DNA of 64,000 bases, taken from the IMG/VR virus record IMGVR_UViG_3300048609_000070. One strand, given 5' to 3'. The notes under the pieces are model-generated. The model did not search any database and was not told where the DNA came from. It saw nothing but the letters and a program-made list of their open reading frames with translations. Positions within the stretch are counted from its first letter, which is position 1. Every line of letters starts with the position of its first letter. This document shows, piece after piece, positions 1 to 10,938 of this stretch. The translations under genes were made by a program, and so were the position numbers. The stretch is from a virus.

Positions 1-1237
1 GCAACAGCGCGTTGCGAAGCGCTGCGAGGACGCGAGACTCATGGACAGCCGCAAGAATACGTAGGGCGTTTGGCTCTACAATTGTCGAAAACGTATTTGC
101 CAAATCGACCGGAGGCAAAGCCACTGCAAAACGGCTCATATCCTTCCAATTCGTGCGAGGCATCTTTGTACCCGTGCTTGCGGCGCTGGTGTAGGCAACG
201 AAAGCGTCGCTGCTGATATGGCCTAAAACAAAGCCAAACCATTCGCGAGTATGGGGGCGGATCACAACAACATCCGTGCTACACACGCCGTCGATTGGCG
301 CGATGCCCACCTTGTGGAAATAGGGCCGGAGTTTGCCGAATAGCAGTTCGCCACGCTCGAATTGGTGTTTATTGCTGGTTACATTGCCCACTGTTCCCCA
401 GTCCCAAAGCGCTATGGATTTCTTCGGCATGTGTTCCAAACCGATGTAGGGCGTAAGTGGGTCCATAGAGGAGGGATCGGCCGGGCGGCGCGGGTGCTCC
501 ATGACCTCCCCCAAAGATCCAACATTCCATCCCATCGGCACCGGACCGATTTTTGTCTCAGCCCATTGATCAGGTAGTTTGTTGAAAACCTCCTGGGGCA
601 TGCCCGGGAACTCGACCGCTCCGGCGATCTTGGCTTTCACGGGCTCAAAACTGATGAACCACGTCTCGAATATCGTGCGAGCCATCGACTCCAATGCGTG
701 ATTCATCCGCCGGTTCAATTCGATCTTGTCGTCGAGGGAGCCGAGCATACCGGCGATGGAGCGTTGTTCTGGAAGTGGCGGGAGGGGGAGGTCTATCCTG
801 CGTAGTTCTCGTTGCTTGATTCCAAGCACCGTCGTTCCAGTTGATCGAGAGCGTAGTTCATCCTGCACGTATGCCGACTGCAGCAAGAACTTTAGAAATG
901 TGTTGTCAAGTACCTCTTTCTTCCCGCGGAGGGCGATAAGACGCTGCGCGAGAGCAATCCGTGCATCAAGAACTTGGGCTACTTCGCCGAGGGGAGCTTC
1001 GGTTGTAATTAGGACATCGCCGACTTCGGGTAGGCCGCGCCGCATCCACTCGTCATAATTAGCTGGATCTATGAATTCAGTTGGTTCATCAATTCGACCG
1101 TTCTTGACGATTTTCGCTGTTATTAGCGGGATGCCTTGGTTTGTCTTCCGAGGTGACTTGCCCCGATAATCGATAATTGCTTCCATGGCTTGCGCTAACT
1201 GGACCATGCGCCAGGTGTCTGGCCACTTACCCGCCAT
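1..1237 (-). CDS. hsdS: Type I restriction-modification specificity subunit HsdS, 5' complete, runs off window start
   Basis: Minus-strand translation from ATG at 1237 gives the conserved HsdS central helix region ([45 protein letters not shown]) flanked by TRD-like halves. The start overlaps the hsdM stop by ~11 nt. No stop codon before position 1. GC-rich. Confidence 0.8.
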   Translation of the reverse strand, partial: MAGKWPDTWRMVQLAQAMEAIIDYRGKSPRKTNQGIPLITAKIVKNGRIDEPTEFIDPANYDEWMRRGLPEVGDVLITTEAPLGEVAQVLDARIALAQRLIALRGKKEVLDNTFLKFLLQSAYVQDELRSRSTGTTVLGIKQRELRRIDLPLPPLPEQRSIAGMLGSLDDKIELNRRMNHALESMARTIFETWFISFEPVKAKIAGAVEFPGMPQEVFNKLPDQWAETKIGPVPMGWNVGSLGEVMEHPRRPADPSSMDPLTPYIGLEHMPKKSIALWDWGTVGNVTSNKHQFERGELLFGKLRPYFHKVGIAPIDGVCSTDVVVIRPHTREWFGFVLGHISSDAFVAYTSAASTGTKMPRTNWKDMSRFAVALPPVDLANTFSTIVEPNALRILAAVHESRVLAALRNALL

Positions 1238-2909
1238 AGCCTAGCCCCTCCAGATTTGCTTTAATCTTGCCGTCCAGTTGATCACTTTCGGCGAAGCACT
1301 CACGCAGTTCGGCGGTGAGCCGTTGCATCTTTCCCTCGAATGGCTCGCCGTCGCCCGCTACCTCGGCTGCGTCGACGTAACGGCCAGGGGTCAGAATGAA
1401 GCTATGCTTTCTGACATCATCAAGCGTGACTGACTTGCAGAAACCAGGGATATCCTCATATTCGCCCGCGCCCTCTTCGCCGCGCCAGGCGTGATACGTG
1501 CGTGCGATACGGCCGATGTCACTGTCGGGTGGCGGCTCTCCCTCTGCATCGGCCCCACTCAACACGCGCAGAACACGCGTTTGCAGACTACCCAACTGTT
1601 GAGCATCGATGAACAGTGTTTCGCCGCGCCGGTCACGTCCGGCAGGCTTGAGCTTCTTGCCGGACTTGTCGCGACTGACAAACCACAGGGTGACCGGGAT
1701 GCCAGTGGTCAGGAACAACTGGCCAGGCATAGCCACGATGCAATCCACCAGGTCAGCTTTGACAATGTTCTGGCGAATCTCCCCTTCGCCACCGCTGGTT
1801 GAGGAGAGCGAGCCGTTGGCCATAACGAAGCCGGCGATGCCGCCGCCACGCCCGTTGGGAGGGGCGAGGTGGTGAATGAAGTGCTGAATCCAGGCGTAGT
1901 TGGCGTTACCGACGGGAGGTGTGCCGAACTTCCAGCGCACATCATCGCGCAACAATTGGCCAGACCAGTCAGATACATTGAACGGCGGATTGGCGAGGAT
2001 GTAGTCGGCCTTGAGGTCTGGATGCAGGTCGCGCACAAAGCTGTCGGCGGGCTGTTCGGCAAGGTTGGCCTCTATGCCGCGGATGGCGAGGTTCATGTGC
2101 GCCAGCCGCCATGTGGTCGGGTTGGACTCCTGGCCGAAGATGGAGATGTCGCGTTTGCCTCTCGCCTTGGGGCCTTTGCCTTTCCCGTTGCCGTTCTGCG
2201 TGGCGTGGGACTCGACGAACCTCACCGACTGGACGAACATGCCACCCGACCCGCAGCATGGATCATAGACGCGGCCCTCGTAAGGTTCGATCATCTCGAC
2301 CAGCAGGCGGACGACCGAGCGCGGCGTGAAGAACTCCCCGCCCAGTTTGCCCTCGGCAGCGGCGAATTTGCCGAGGAAGTACTCATAGACTCGGCCGAGG
2401 ATATCCTTCGCGCGGGCTTCGTCGGTGCCGATGGCAATGGAGGCGATCTGGTCAATTAGGCCGCCCATGCGCTCGGCCGGGATGCCGCGTCGGGCGTAGT
2501 CGCGGGGCAGCTTGCCTTTGAGCTTGGGGTTGTCGCGCTCGATGGCGTACATTGCGTCGTCAATGAACTTGGCGATGTTGGGTTGCTTGCCCTGATTTCG
2601 AATGTTGGACCACCTAGCCTCGGGCGGCACCCAGAAGACGTTTTCTGCAGTGTATTCGTCGCGGCTTTCGAGCAAGGTCTCAGCTTGCTTGCCTTCAATT
2701 CCGTCAGCCTTGAGTTCCTCTGCCAACGTGGAACGTCGAGCTTCGAATGCATCGGAGATGTATTTGAGGAATATCAGTCCGAGAACGACGTGCTTATACT
2801 CAGCAGCATCAATTGAGCCGCGTAGCTTGTCAGCGGTCTGCCAGAGTTGCTCGGGATCGACGCCGATCTCGCTGGCGCTAACTATTGCTCCATTCTTCTC
2901 GTTCGACAT
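1227..2909 (-). CDS. hsdM: Type I R-M N6-adenine DNA methyltransferase subunit HsdM
   Basis: 560 aa. N6-MTase motif IV NPPF ([11 protein letters not shown]). AdoMet-binding region [11 protein letters not shown]-terminal HsdM_N-like region. Operon overlap with hsdS. Confidence 0.9.
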   Translation of the reverse strand: MSNEKNGAIVSASEIGVDPEQLWQTADKLRGSIDAAEYKHVVLGLIFLKYISDAFEARRSTLAEELKADGIEGKQAETLLESRDEYTAENVFWVPPEARWSNIRNQGKQPNIAKFIDDAMYAIERDNPKLKGKLPRDYARRGIPAERMGGLIDQIASIAIGTDEARAKDILGRVYEYFLGKFAAAEGKLGGEFFTPRSVVRLLVEMIEPYEGRVYDPCCGSGGMFVQSVRFVESHATQNGNGKGKGPKARGKRDISIFGQESNPTTWRLAHMNLAIRGIEANLAEQPADSFVRDLHPDLKADYILANPPFNVSDWSGQLLRDDVRWKFGTPPVGNANYAWIQHFIHHLAPPNGRGGGIAGFVMANGSLSSTSGGEGEIRQNIVKADLVDCIVAMPGQLFLTTGIPVTLWFVSRDKSGKKLKPAGRDRRGETLFIDAQQLGSLQTRVLRVLSGADAEGEPPPDSDIGRIARTYHAWRGEEGAGEYEDIPGFCKSVTLDDVRKHSFILTPGRYVDAAEVAGDGEPFEGKMQRLTAELRECFAESDQLDGKIKANLEGLGYGG

Positions 2910-2930
2910 GGCTGCTCCTATATTGCGGCT

Positions 2931-3257
2931 CTATGTGGCCCGACAGCGCTGCGGGCAGGCGCGGAACAGGAGGTTGGAAAGTCGGTCAGCGTGAGGAGGC
3001 ACAGGATCTTTCCAATATTCTGCGGCATTTTGCAGATCCTGGAGTTCCCCTTGCAATCGATAAAGAGCCTTCCTTGCATAGTCAAGAGCGGGAGATCCCC
3101 AACGACCTGATGTTTTCAGTTTTTCTTCATAAGACTTTTCTGCAAGAGCTACTTCTTTTTCGAGTATAGCTAAGTCTTTCAGGAGCTCCTCTTTTGTTTT
3201 GTAGGTTTTGTAGATGCCTGTACCCAGAAGCTGGATCGCTGTTTTGAGATGTTTCAT
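2931..3257 (-). CDS. hypothetical small coiled-coil protein
   Basis: 108 aa ORF packed tightly between neighbouring minus-strand genes. Low GC begins here. Confidence 0.3.
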   Translation of the reverse strand: MKHLKTAIQLLGTGIYKTYKTKEELLKDLAILEKEVALAEKSYEEKLKTSGRWGSPALDYARKALYRLQGELQDLQNAAEYWKDPVPPHADRLSNLLFRACPQRCRAT

Positions 3258-4084
3258 TCTTCCTCCGAGAGATGGGTCTCTTCCAGAATTTGGATGTCGT
3301 TTGCGTCGAAGACCAGGATCTCGTCAGGAAAGGACCCTGAACGTTCAAAATAGAGTGCCTTGTAGCCAGCGTAGTTTACTTCTTGACCGATTTCGTCTAA
3401 AGAGAGGATGGTTGCTTGATTCTTCTGTTCCCAATCTTCTGCTATTTTTCTTGCAGAGGAGACGGTCAGTCTAAATTCTTCCGTACTGTCTGGAATATCT
3501 TCTAAATCGTAGGCATCTGGGATCCTGAGAGTAGTATGCACCCAGGATTCTAGCTCAGGAACGTTCTCTATAAAGATTTCGAGCGATTGGAGATAAGCAC
3601 CTGTGTCTTTGTCGTCGTTCGTGATAAGGTACTTCTGATCGTGGATATAAAAATAGAAAGGAGGGATGGGTTCTCCAACCAGGACGGAGGTGTTCTCTAG
3701 CCCTTCCACGATGTCTTGGTTTTCTGCCGAGAGGTCGAAGATGTCAGATTCCTGGAAGTTGAGGAGAACTTTATAAACATAGGGGCCATAAGAACGGGCA
3801 GTTCCATAGTTTTTGGAGACATAGACGCCTGCTCCGAGGTCTCCACCGTATTGCATCTGGGGTTTATTGGACTTGAGAGACTGAAGATCGGGGATGCTGC
3901 TTCCATGGTAAGCAGTGACTTGTGCAAGAAGATGGATGGCATTTTTGAGATTTTTCATTCTTGTAGAATACTTTGAAATTCTTGGATAGATGCAAGAAAA
4001 GTATATTTTAGACATGACATACTTCATAGAAGACGGGTTCCTCTGCAGGCGATCGTCGAGTCCAGTGTCGGAAGCGGTCGCCAT
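3254..4084 (-). CDS. hypothetical protein
   Basis: 276 aa ORF. Start and stop are contiguous with neighbouring ORFs. Confidence 0.4.
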   Translation of the reverse strand: MATASDTGLDDRLQRNPSSMKYVMSKIYFSCIYPRISKYSTRMKNLKNAIHLLAQVTAYHGSSIPDLQSLKSNKPQMQYGGDLGAGVYVSKNYGTARSYGPYVYKVLLNFQESDIFDLSAENQDIVEGLENTSVLVGEPIPPFYFYIHDQKYLITNDDKDTGAYLQSLEIFIENVPELESWVHTTLRIPDAYDLEDIPDSTEEFRLTVSSARKIAEDWEQKNQATILSLDEIGQEVNYAGYKALYFERSGSFPDEILVFDANDIQILEETHLSEEE

Positions 4085-4333
4085 GGTTCACTTCTGGGCT
4101 GGCCGGTGCGGGCCTCCCCCAAGGGATTGGAGCTGCATTTTGAGGACTCTGAAGGGCAATCTTGATGCGCGTCTGTCGTTCAATCCTGGAGATTCCCTCG
4201 ACCCGGGATCTACGGCGGTAGCGCGCATTCGATTACTTTCTCCTGAATTGCTTTATTCGTATCTACCGCTGAATGGGGTGTTTACTTTGTGGGAAGGCAA
4301 GGTCGTGGGTGATGGAAGGGTCTTTATGCATCT

Positions 4334-4930
4334 TTAGGCGCGGACACCAACAAGAAATTGCTTTGAACGTTTAGCTGGGGGACAACATGTGCATTCCCCA
4401 AACACCATGTTGGTGGGGCATGGCGCATCTAGATAGACCTTTCCACGCACGATCCTGCGATTGTGGTAGCCTGCTTTCATATAACAGCATCCTGGGTTGG
4501 TAGACCTTACTTTATCAATAGCAATCTCCGTTCGGAGTATCTCGGTCGGGAGCTCCCCATATCGCTCGAACCATTCCGCGTAAGTCCGAAGGGTAGCGGA
4601 CCAGACCAAATCGCTGGATAGCGTGCTGCCAAGATTCCGAAACATATTATTTCGCCAGACATACTGAGGTTTTGGATCTGCGGTTCCTTTACGTCCCCGG
4701 CTTCCACCGGTCCCGATTGCACTCGGGGTGCGCTGTCGAACAACAGCCCATACGGCTGACCCATCATTGAGAACCAAGACAATTTCTTGACCAACTCCAG
4801 TGAATGTCCGGGATCCAGGTGTTCTCCGTGAATAGTGGGGTCCTTTCCCAGCATGTATTCCCAATCCATCAACGACGGCAAGCGCTCGTGGATCAGAACT
4901 GGACGATAAGAGCCATTCAGTATGTTCCAT
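4334..4930 (-). CDS. hypothetical Cys-rich protein in a GC-richer patch
   Basis: 198 aa ORF with a C-terminal cysteine cluster (CPTNMVFGECTCCPP). An alternative overlapping frame exists (4507..4881), so frame assignment is uncertain. Confidence 0.25.
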   Translation of the reverse strand: MEHTEWLLSSSSDPRALAVVDGLGIHAGKGPHYSRRTPGSRTFTGVGQEIVLVLNDGSAVWAVVRQRTPSAIGTGGSRGRKGTADPKPQYVWRNNMFRNLGSTLSSDLVWSATLRTYAEWFERYGELPTEILRTEIAIDKVRSTNPGCCYMKAGYHNRRIVRGKVYLDAPCPTNMVFGECTCCPPAKRSKQFLVGVRA

Positions 4931-5123
4931 TTTTATCTTCTTGCTAGGAGTGCGCGCATTGCCGCAGATGCTTCATGTCCATTTGGGAATGTCTTGCGAT
5001 CAAGCTCTTTTTCGCAGGGTTCCGCACTGAGAAGGACCAGATCACAAGGAGCGTCGAGATCACATTCAGCTTCATCAGACCAGTTTTCTGCTACTTTCCC
5101 TTGTGGGACAATGCGAAGGATGG

Positions 5124-5561
5124 TTAACATGTCTTTTTTCCTGTAGATAAAGAATCTTTGTTGTTTGAGCATGGGACATAAAACGGCGGTTGGGACCGTA
5201 TTAGAAGATCCGAAGTGTCCTTGAGAATTGCTTCTAGTTTTGGAAGGAGAAAAGATTCATGGACAAGATCGTAGAGTTCTTTTACAGCAGGGTTCTTGGA
5301 TGAAAATATGCAGTAGACGGAGCCGATGTTAAGAAGGGCAGCATCGGAGAGTGAAAGTCCCTGGATGTCGAAGATGGTATCGTTCAGCGTGACCTCGTAA
5401 CCAGTGACGTTTTTCGTCCATACGATAGTCTTGTCCTTTGTTTTTTTGATCAGGAGATCGAGAATTGCGCTAACGGTCTGGTCAACTGTCATGGGTTTCT
5501 CCTTGTGGTTATTCATGATATCTAAAAAAGTTACGTAACTGTCAGCAACGGGTTTATTCAT
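5124..5561 (-). CDS. hypothetical protein
   Basis: 145 aa ORF in a co-directional gene string. Confidence 0.4.
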   Translation of the reverse strand: MNKPVADSYVTFLDIMNNHKEKPMTVDQTVSAILDLLIKKTKDKTIVWTKNVTGYEVTLNDTIFDIQGLSLSDAALLNIGSVYCIFSSKNPAVKELYDLVHESFLLPKLEAILKDTSDLLIRSQPPFYVPCSNNKDSLSTGKKTC

Positions 5562-5871
5562 GTTTGGAGTCCGTAACTAAATTGTAGAGCTCTTCGACGA
5601 TGGAGCCTCGGAGCAGAAATAGAAAGTCTTTGATCTTATCTCTTGCATTCAGTCGTATTTCCAGGTTCTCCTTTGACAAACTAAAATCGTAGATGTCGCA
5701 TTCGTCGGTGGCAATGTATTTGTCCTCAGAGTAGTAGATATCGCATTTATCAGTAGCCACGTATCTGTCAGAAGATTTTTTCCATATGATCTTGCCTGTT
5801 TTTGTATCGTTAAAAAGGATTCTGGCTAGATTCTGCATGAGTTGCTCTACTAATTTATCTTGTTCTGGCAT
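5554..5871 (-). CDS. hypothetical protein with internal duplicated motif (YVATDKCDIYYSEDKYIATDECDIYD)
   Basis: 105 aa ORF with an internal peptide repeat. Confidence 0.4.
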   Translation of the reverse strand: MPEQDKLVEQLMQNLARILFNDTKTGKIIWKKSSDRYVATDKCDIYYSEDKYIATDECDIYDFSLSKENLEIRLNARDKIKDFLFLLRGSIVEELYNLVTDSKHE

Positions 5872-6037
5872 TGTTGACTCCTGTACCCTGATCTGGAATT
5901 CTTTTTAGGGGAGCCTAAACCAACTGATCGTTCTTTTGTTCCCAGGACAGACCACGGGCAAAGTGGCCAAGAGCTACTTCCTGTAACAGAATGGTAGTGT
6001 TTTTTCCAAGTAGAAAGAGACGCGATATAGAGGATTA

Positions 6038-6433
6038 TCATGGGTTTTCCAGTTTAGCAATGATGCAGTCGATTGGATTTTCCATTTTTTCCACAATGCA
6101 AGCATAAAGTCTGTAGACAGGTTCTTCACAGGAAAGCTTGGCCATGATCTGCCCTTTTCTTTGGATGGTGACACAGCGGAGGGTTTCTTTAGTCAAATAG
6201 TCCTTTTCGTAGAGATCTCCGACGAACACTTCGATTTCCTCTTCTGGAAATTTGATCGAAAACCCTTCTGGGGAAGCTAACCAAACTATTTTTTTGTTCA
6301 GGGTTGCTTTGCAGAGCACGTCAATGAACAAAGTTGCTTTTTCTTTTGAGAGGAGTTGGGACATATTATTTTCTCCGTACTTTAGTCTCTGGGAGAAAAG
6401 AACGTATTGTTCCTGAGACAAGATGAACCGCAT
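6038..6433 (-). CDS. hypothetical protein
   Basis: 131 aa ORF. Confidence 0.4.
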   Translation of the reverse strand: MRFILSQEQYVLFSQRLKYGENNMSQLLSKEKATLFIDVLCKATLNKKIVWLASPEGFSIKFPEEEIEVFVGDLYEKDYLTKETLRCVTIQRKGQIMAKLSCEEPVYRLYACIVEKMENPIDCIIAKLENP

Positions 6434-7038
6434 TATTTTCGCAACTTTGTTTTGTATGCACCTTGACGTATTCCTTTCGTTGGTACAAGAACTTATTTCC
6501 GGGTCTTAGTTTTCCGAATGTTGTTTCTTTCAGTGGGGATCTTCTCATAGTATATTTTTACCTTTCGTCCTTTCCTCGTCATCTGGACGAATCTGTAACC
6601 TGGCATGTTGAGACCAGCACACAGGGCAGCTGCTCCTTGATCGGGTGCTACATCCAACTCTAGTATTTTCTGTTTAGGAAGTTTCATGGGGTTTCCTTAA
6701 GAAGATCTGCACGTTATTCTAGACTTCCATTCGCGATGCGCTACTTCTGCACGGGAGCGTCCCAAGCAAGAATAGCATCGACAATATCCTTGTTGTATAC
6801 GCATCCAGGAATTCAATTTACTCTGGAATAAGGATCCACTCAACTTGTTCCCACCATGCTGATGATTTTGATGTTTCTGTTTTTCTGTTTGAAAGACTAC
6901 GATAAGCAGAGCCGGAACACGAACGTTTAGTATTGGACTCGTGAGAAGTCCTACCGTTTGAGTTAGAACGTAAATAAGGCCAATTGTCCATTCGACTAAA
7001 CGTTCTGAGGGTGGCGCTCGTTATAGGAACAGACCGTT

Positions 7039-7455
7039 TCATTCCTCGACTCCTCGAATGACGTAGGATACCTTTTTTCCTCGGATACAAACAGTGATTT
7101 CTTTTGGAATAGCTCCTAAATCTTCAAAGTCTCCGTGTGATTTTTCACATTTTTTGCATTCCTCCTTACTGGTATGGGCTTCATGACAGATACTACACTG
7201 GTACAAAATTTTCACGTTGTTGTAGAAGTAATGAATCAGGATACAGGATGGCAGAGCAATGGTAAAAAGAATAACTATAGCAACATTCAACGGGATAATC
7301 CCTTTTTCTACTATGAATAAAAAAAGTACGAAACAAGGAAGGACTGCAATAAAACTGTTGGACATTTTATTATTCATTTTTTTAGCTTTTTGATCTCTTG
7401 TGCAAATCTTTGAAGAGTGGCTTTGACGTCTTCCAAGGAAATCTCCTTGGAACAA
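7039..7455 (-). CDS. small membrane-anchored C4 zinc-ribbon protein
   Basis: Hydrophobic N-terminal region. CSICHE...CKKCEKSHG motif. Paralogous to 10325..10735. True start may be the internal MNNKMSN. Confidence 0.35.
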   Translation of the reverse strand: MFQGDFLGRRQSHSSKICTRDQKAKKMNNKMSNSFIAVLPCFVLFLFIVEKGIIPLNVAIVILFTIALPSCILIHYFYNNVKILYQCSICHEAHTSKEECKKCEKSHGDFEDLGAIPKEITVCIRGKKVSYVIRGVEE

Positions 7456-7808
7456 TGCATATATTCAAACCCGATCGTTGTTGAACCATCCTCATTACGC
7501 CGGTAGAAATTCGCGCCTCCTGGAACTTCAATTTCTGTGATCCGAGGATCCCATGTATCGGTGAGATCTTCTGGAAATCCTTTTAGAGTGACATAAGCAC
7601 TGTAAAAAGTAGGAGGACGATCTTCTTGGAGAAGGGTACGCTCGTTGTTTACAACGTCAAATTGCATGTCACCTTCGACCCAACGGTGATGTTCTTTTCT
7701 GACAAAAAAGCTGTGGGGCTTCTGCGGTATATCTAAAAAGTTCTTATACATGTTGACTCCTTTATTGTGCATATGCCAATTTTGGGGCTGCTTGAACGTT
7801 CTTTGCAA
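7374..7808 (-). CDS. hypothetical protein, tandem paralog A
   Basis: 144 aa. Shares MYKNFLD...EHH.WEEGG..FD.V.N motifs with the adjacent upstream ORF. Confidence 0.45.
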   Translation of the reverse strand: MQRTFKQPQNWHMHNKGVNMYKNFLDIPQKPHSFFVRKEHHRWVEGDMQFDVVNNERTLLQEDRPPTFYSAYVTLKGFPEDLTDTWDPRITEIEVPGGANFYRRNEDGSTTIGFEYMHCSKEISLEDVKATLQRFAQEIKKLKK

Positions 7809-8295
7809 ATTCTTTTAGCTCTTCTCTTACCTCTTCCAGCGTGATGTCTCTTGGACTATTCACGTGTGCAAAATCGAAACCAAGCGTGATAGACCCATCT
7901 TCGTTTGTTTGCGCGAGTGTGACTCCTCCATGGCACGAAAGTTTATCTCGTAGGAATCGAAGATTAAAATCTGGTCTGAAGATCAGCAGAAATGTAACAT
8001 AAGCACAGTAATAATTTATTGGAATTATTTCGGAGAGAAATTTGGCAAAATCTTCAGGCAGGTTCAATTTATTTTTGACGATATCGAAGCGAATACCTCC
8101 TTCTTCCCAGCAATGGTGTTCTTCTCTTGTAACTAAATATTGAATGTCTTCGTTGCTGCTGTCAAGAAAGTTCTTATACATTTTCTTTCCTGTATTCTGA
8201 AGGATCGCGCAGCAGAAAGTCAGAACCCCTGACATTCTGAAATCCACGTTTTTGCAGCATCGTTGCCAATCGCTCGTTGTGGACGCACTCAACAT
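7762..8295 (-). CDS. hypothetical protein, tandem paralog B (probable true start near 8180, MYKNFLDSS)
   Basis: Homologous to 7374..7808. The N-terminal extension overlaps the GNAT gene and is probably not translated. Confidence 0.4.
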   Translation of the reverse strand: MLSASTTSDWQRCCKNVDFRMSGVLTFCCAILQNTGKKMYKNFLDSSNEDIQYLVTREEHHCWEEGGIRFDIVKNKLNLPEDFAKFLSEIIPINYYCAYVTFLLIFRPDFNLRFLRDKLSCHGGVTLAQTNEDGSITLGFDFAHVNSPRDITLEEVREELKEFAKNVQAAPKLAYAQ

Positions 8296-8545
8296 AAATG
8301 GCCGTGTCTGGACACAAGGAAATTACTTCCTCCAAAAAACGTGAAAATATTCCTTTGCCTCTCTGACTCGTGGCTACTTCAACGTTCGCGATTTCAAAAA
8401 CAGGATCGAGCAAACGGCCTTCTACACACCGTTGCGTGTATCTGACATACATCGCCGTAAAGCCTGGAACGTCGATGTACGCGCGTCGCAGCAAACTTGG
8501 CCATCGGACAGATTTGGCCTGCGTCAAAAAAGTCTTTAGGTCCAC
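8174..8545 (-). CDS. GNAT family N-acetyltransferase
   Basis: 123 aa. Acetyl-CoA motif A Q-R-G-K-G-I-F-S-R-F-L-E. Confidence 0.6.
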   Translation of the reverse strand: MDLKTFLTQAKSVRWPSLLRRAYIDVPGFTAMYVRYTQRCVEGRLLDPVFEIANVEVATSQRGKGIFSRFLEEVISLCPDTAIYVECVHNERLATMLQKRGFQNVRGSDFLLRDPSEYRKENV

Positions 8546-8631
8546 TGTGGAAACTCCTTGCGTATTTTTCCTCCTTGTGGGATCTTAGCAAAGGATGACG
8601 GGAAGTCAACAGTTTATTTTGTGGAGGAAAC

Positions 8632-9690
8632 ATGCGAAAACTGGCCACAATTCGAAAGGTATTGGACATCAAGCCCATCCCAAACGCGGATAGCATTGAA
8701 CTCGCGATGATCGGGGGTTGGCAATGCGTCGTCAAAAAGGGAGAATTCAAAATTGGTGACTTGGGGGTCTACTTCGAAATCGATTCCTTTTTACCGATAG
8801 ACGCCCGGTTCGAGTTCCTTCGGAAGTCATCCTACAAGACCCTGGCTGATGGGTCTGAAGGATTCCGTCTGAGGACGGTCAAGTTCCGAGGAGAGCTCTC
8901 TCAGGGGCTCTTGATGCCCTTGAGCACGTTTCCGGAGATGCCTGTGGATACCTACGACGTGACCAGTGCGCTCCATGTCAAGCTCTACACGCCGCCCACT
9001 CCTGCGTGCTTGTCCGGGGACGTCGTAGGGCCATTCCCTTCGTGCATACCCAAGACGGACGCGGAGAGGATCCAGAACATCCCTGACTACTTTTCCACAA
9101 TGAAAGATGAAGAATTTGAAGTCAGCGAAAAGGTCGATGGCACCAGTTTGACATGTTATTTTTTGAATGGAAAGGTTGGAGTCTGCGGCCGGAACTGGGA
9201 GTTAAAAGAAGACATGCGAAATGCTTACTGGAAGATCGCAAGTTATTTTATTCCTGCAGTGAAGGAGCTCCATTTGAATATTGCACTGCAAGGGGAGCTC
9301 TGTGGGGAGGGCATCCAGAGCAACCCTCTGAAGTTGAAAGGACAGAGATTATTTCTTTTCCATGTGTACGATCTGGATGAGAGTAAATATTACATGCCTG
9401 ATCAGCGTTGGGAATTGTTTGAGAAAATAAAATGTGATGCGCTGGATCACGTTCCGCTTATCAGTAAAAGAGTGAAAGTTTTTCAAGAATTGGATACCAT
9501 GGAAAAGATGCTGGATTATGCAGCAGGAAAGAGTTGTGTTTGTTCGCAGATGGTAACTTCAAAGTCTGTCCAAAGAAGAGTCATGGTTCAATCCACGATA
9601 GAACGTGAAGGATTGGTTTTCAAGTCTTGGAGTCATCCAGAGATTTGTTTCAAGGCGGTGAGCAATACTTATTTGTTGGGTGAGAAGTGA
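8632..9690 (+). CDS. ATP-dependent RNA ligase, Rnl-like (DraRnl/NgrRnl-type N-terminal domain)
   Basis: 352 aa. Nucleotidyltransferase motif I KVDGTS (candidate adenylylated Lys in SEKVDGTSLT). N-terminal IRKV..I.PIPNADSIELAMIGGWQCVVKKGEFKIGD resembles the Rnl5-family N-domain. Confidence 0.6.
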   Translation: MRKLATIRKVLDIKPIPNADSIELAMIGGWQCVVKKGEFKIGDLGVYFEIDSFLPIDARFEFLRKSSYKTLADGSEGFRLRTVKFRGELSQGLLMPLSTFPEMPVDTYDVTSALHVKLYTPPTPACLSGDVVGPFPSCIPKTDAERIQNIPDYFSTMKDEEFEVSEKVDGTSLTCYFLNGKVGVCGRNWELKEDMRNAYWKIASYFIPAVKELHLNIALQGELCGEGIQSNPLKLKGQRLFLFHVYDLDESKYYMPDQRWELFEKIKCDALDHVPLISKRVKVFQELDTMEKMLDYAAGKSCVCSQMVTSKSVQRRVMVQSTIEREGLVFKSWSHPEICFKAVSNTYLLGEK

Positions 9691-10046
9691 AAACATCGCG
9701 GAGAGAGACGTTGGGAGACCGGATCAAGCGAGTCCGGACGGAGCGTGAGCTTGGTCTGCGTGAGACAGCAAGAAAGGTTGGCATTTCCGCAACGTTCCTT
9801 TCGCGGGTTGAGCACAATGACAAAAGGGCCGTTCCAGGTGAGAAAGTCATACGCACGTTGTCTGTCGTGCTAGAGGATGATTTTGACACGATGATGCAGC
9901 TTGCAGGGCGCATTGCACACGATGTTGCTAGCGTGATCAAGTCCGACGTGGGGATGCCTGCTTTTCTCAGACGTGTTCGTGATCAGGGAATCTCCTCGAA
10001 TGATCTGATGAAGCTGCTGGATCTACTGGACAAGATAGGGAGGTAA
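9687..10046 (+). CDS. XRE-family helix-turn-helix transcriptional regulator
   Basis: 119 aa. HTH LRETARKVGISATFLSRVEHNDK. Start overlaps the stop of the RNA ligase. Confidence 0.6.
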   Translation: MKTSRRETLGDRIKRVRTERELGLRETARKVGISATFLSRVEHNDKRAVPGEKVIRTLSVVLEDDFDTMMQLAGRIAHDVASVIKSDVGMPAFLRRVRDQGISSNDLMKLLDLLDKIGR

Positions 10047-10054
10047 AAGGACAC

Positions 10055-10321
10055 TTATTGAAATCTGGTTCGTAAAAGCTGTTGGATGTCCTCGGTGATA
10101 TCAGCCGACCTTTTTTCAGTTAATTCCTTAGCGTAATTTTGCATAAGATACGAGTTGAGAGCAACAATGGTATCTCCAATCTCTGCTATTTTTTTAGCAG
10201 TTGGATATTTTATTCCTGTATTTGCTGCTTTGGAAAATTCTTCAAAAGATTTATTTATTATGGTCCAAGCTTCAAAAAGTTTGTCTAAGAAATCGAAATA
10301 ATTCTTTTTGGTATCAGACAT
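10055..10321 (-). CDS. hypothetical protein
   Basis: 88 aa ORF. Confidence 0.35.
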   Translation of the reverse strand: MSDTKKNYFDFLDKLFEAWTIINKSFEEFSKAANTGIKYPTAKKIAEIGDTIVALNSYLMQNYAKELTEKRSADITEDIQQLLRTRFQ

Positions 10322-10324
10322 AGA

Positions 10325-10735
10325 CTATTCCTCGTCTTCTACATATTTTTCATCAGGATCGTAAAAATCGTCGTCTAGTATGTGATAAGTAAACGTATGG
10401 TCGTGGATCTTTACTGTCAGATCCGCTGGGATAACGAAGTCATCGACTTTGCTAAAATGGTGAAAGTCTATCTCTTCGATAGTAATATCTGCTATATTTA
10501 CTTTTTTGCTGTTGAAGAATGTGTGTTCGTCTTCACATTGTAAGCATTCTTTTTCTGTCTCGAATTCTGCACTGCAATAGCTGCAACGATAAATTATTTG
10601 CATGTTAATTCCTTTGATTGCTTCCTGAGTAGGATACTTCAAGTTCTTCGCTCGAAGAAAGAACACGCTTCTTTGGGAAATACTTTCCACTCCTGGCGCA
10701 AGAAGACCCAAGGATAGGATCTCTCCGAGATGCAC
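10325..10735 (-). CDS. small C4 zinc-ribbon protein (paralog of 7039..7455)
   Basis: CSYCSAEFETEKECLQCEDEH motif. Acidic C-terminus. Confidence 0.4.
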   Translation of the reverse strand: MHLGEILSLGLLAPGVESISQRSVFFLRAKNLKYPTQEAIKGINMQIIYRCSYCSAEFETEKECLQCEDEHTFFNSKKVNIADITIEEIDFHHFSKVDDFVIPADLTVKIHDHTFTYHILDDDFYDPDEKYVEDEE

Positions 10736-10938
10736 ATATAGACTTCTTTTGATACGGTCCTTTGATTGGTGATTTCACGTTTTTCCATCCGATGTAGCTC
10801 GGAAGTTTACATGCAAAACCCAATGCGCCGACCACGAACCAGAAAAATGTTTTTTAGGTACTCCTTTCCTAGAGTATGCTAGTGATTGTGTATAATGACA
10901 CGATGCCGAATTATCTTGCACGCTATGACTTCTTTTTT

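Noticed and set aside
12-1058. Small ORFs at 12..194, 39..242, 362..577 and 726..1058 near the window start
   Set aside because: The whole interval is covered by a continuous minus-strand hsdS reading frame with strong family motifs.
1491-2459. ORFs 1491..1802, 1609..1875, 1709..2062, 1869..2459 etc. within hsdM
   Set aside because: These are alternative-frame or antisense ORFs in GC-rich DNA. The hsdM frame has diagnostic MTase motifs.
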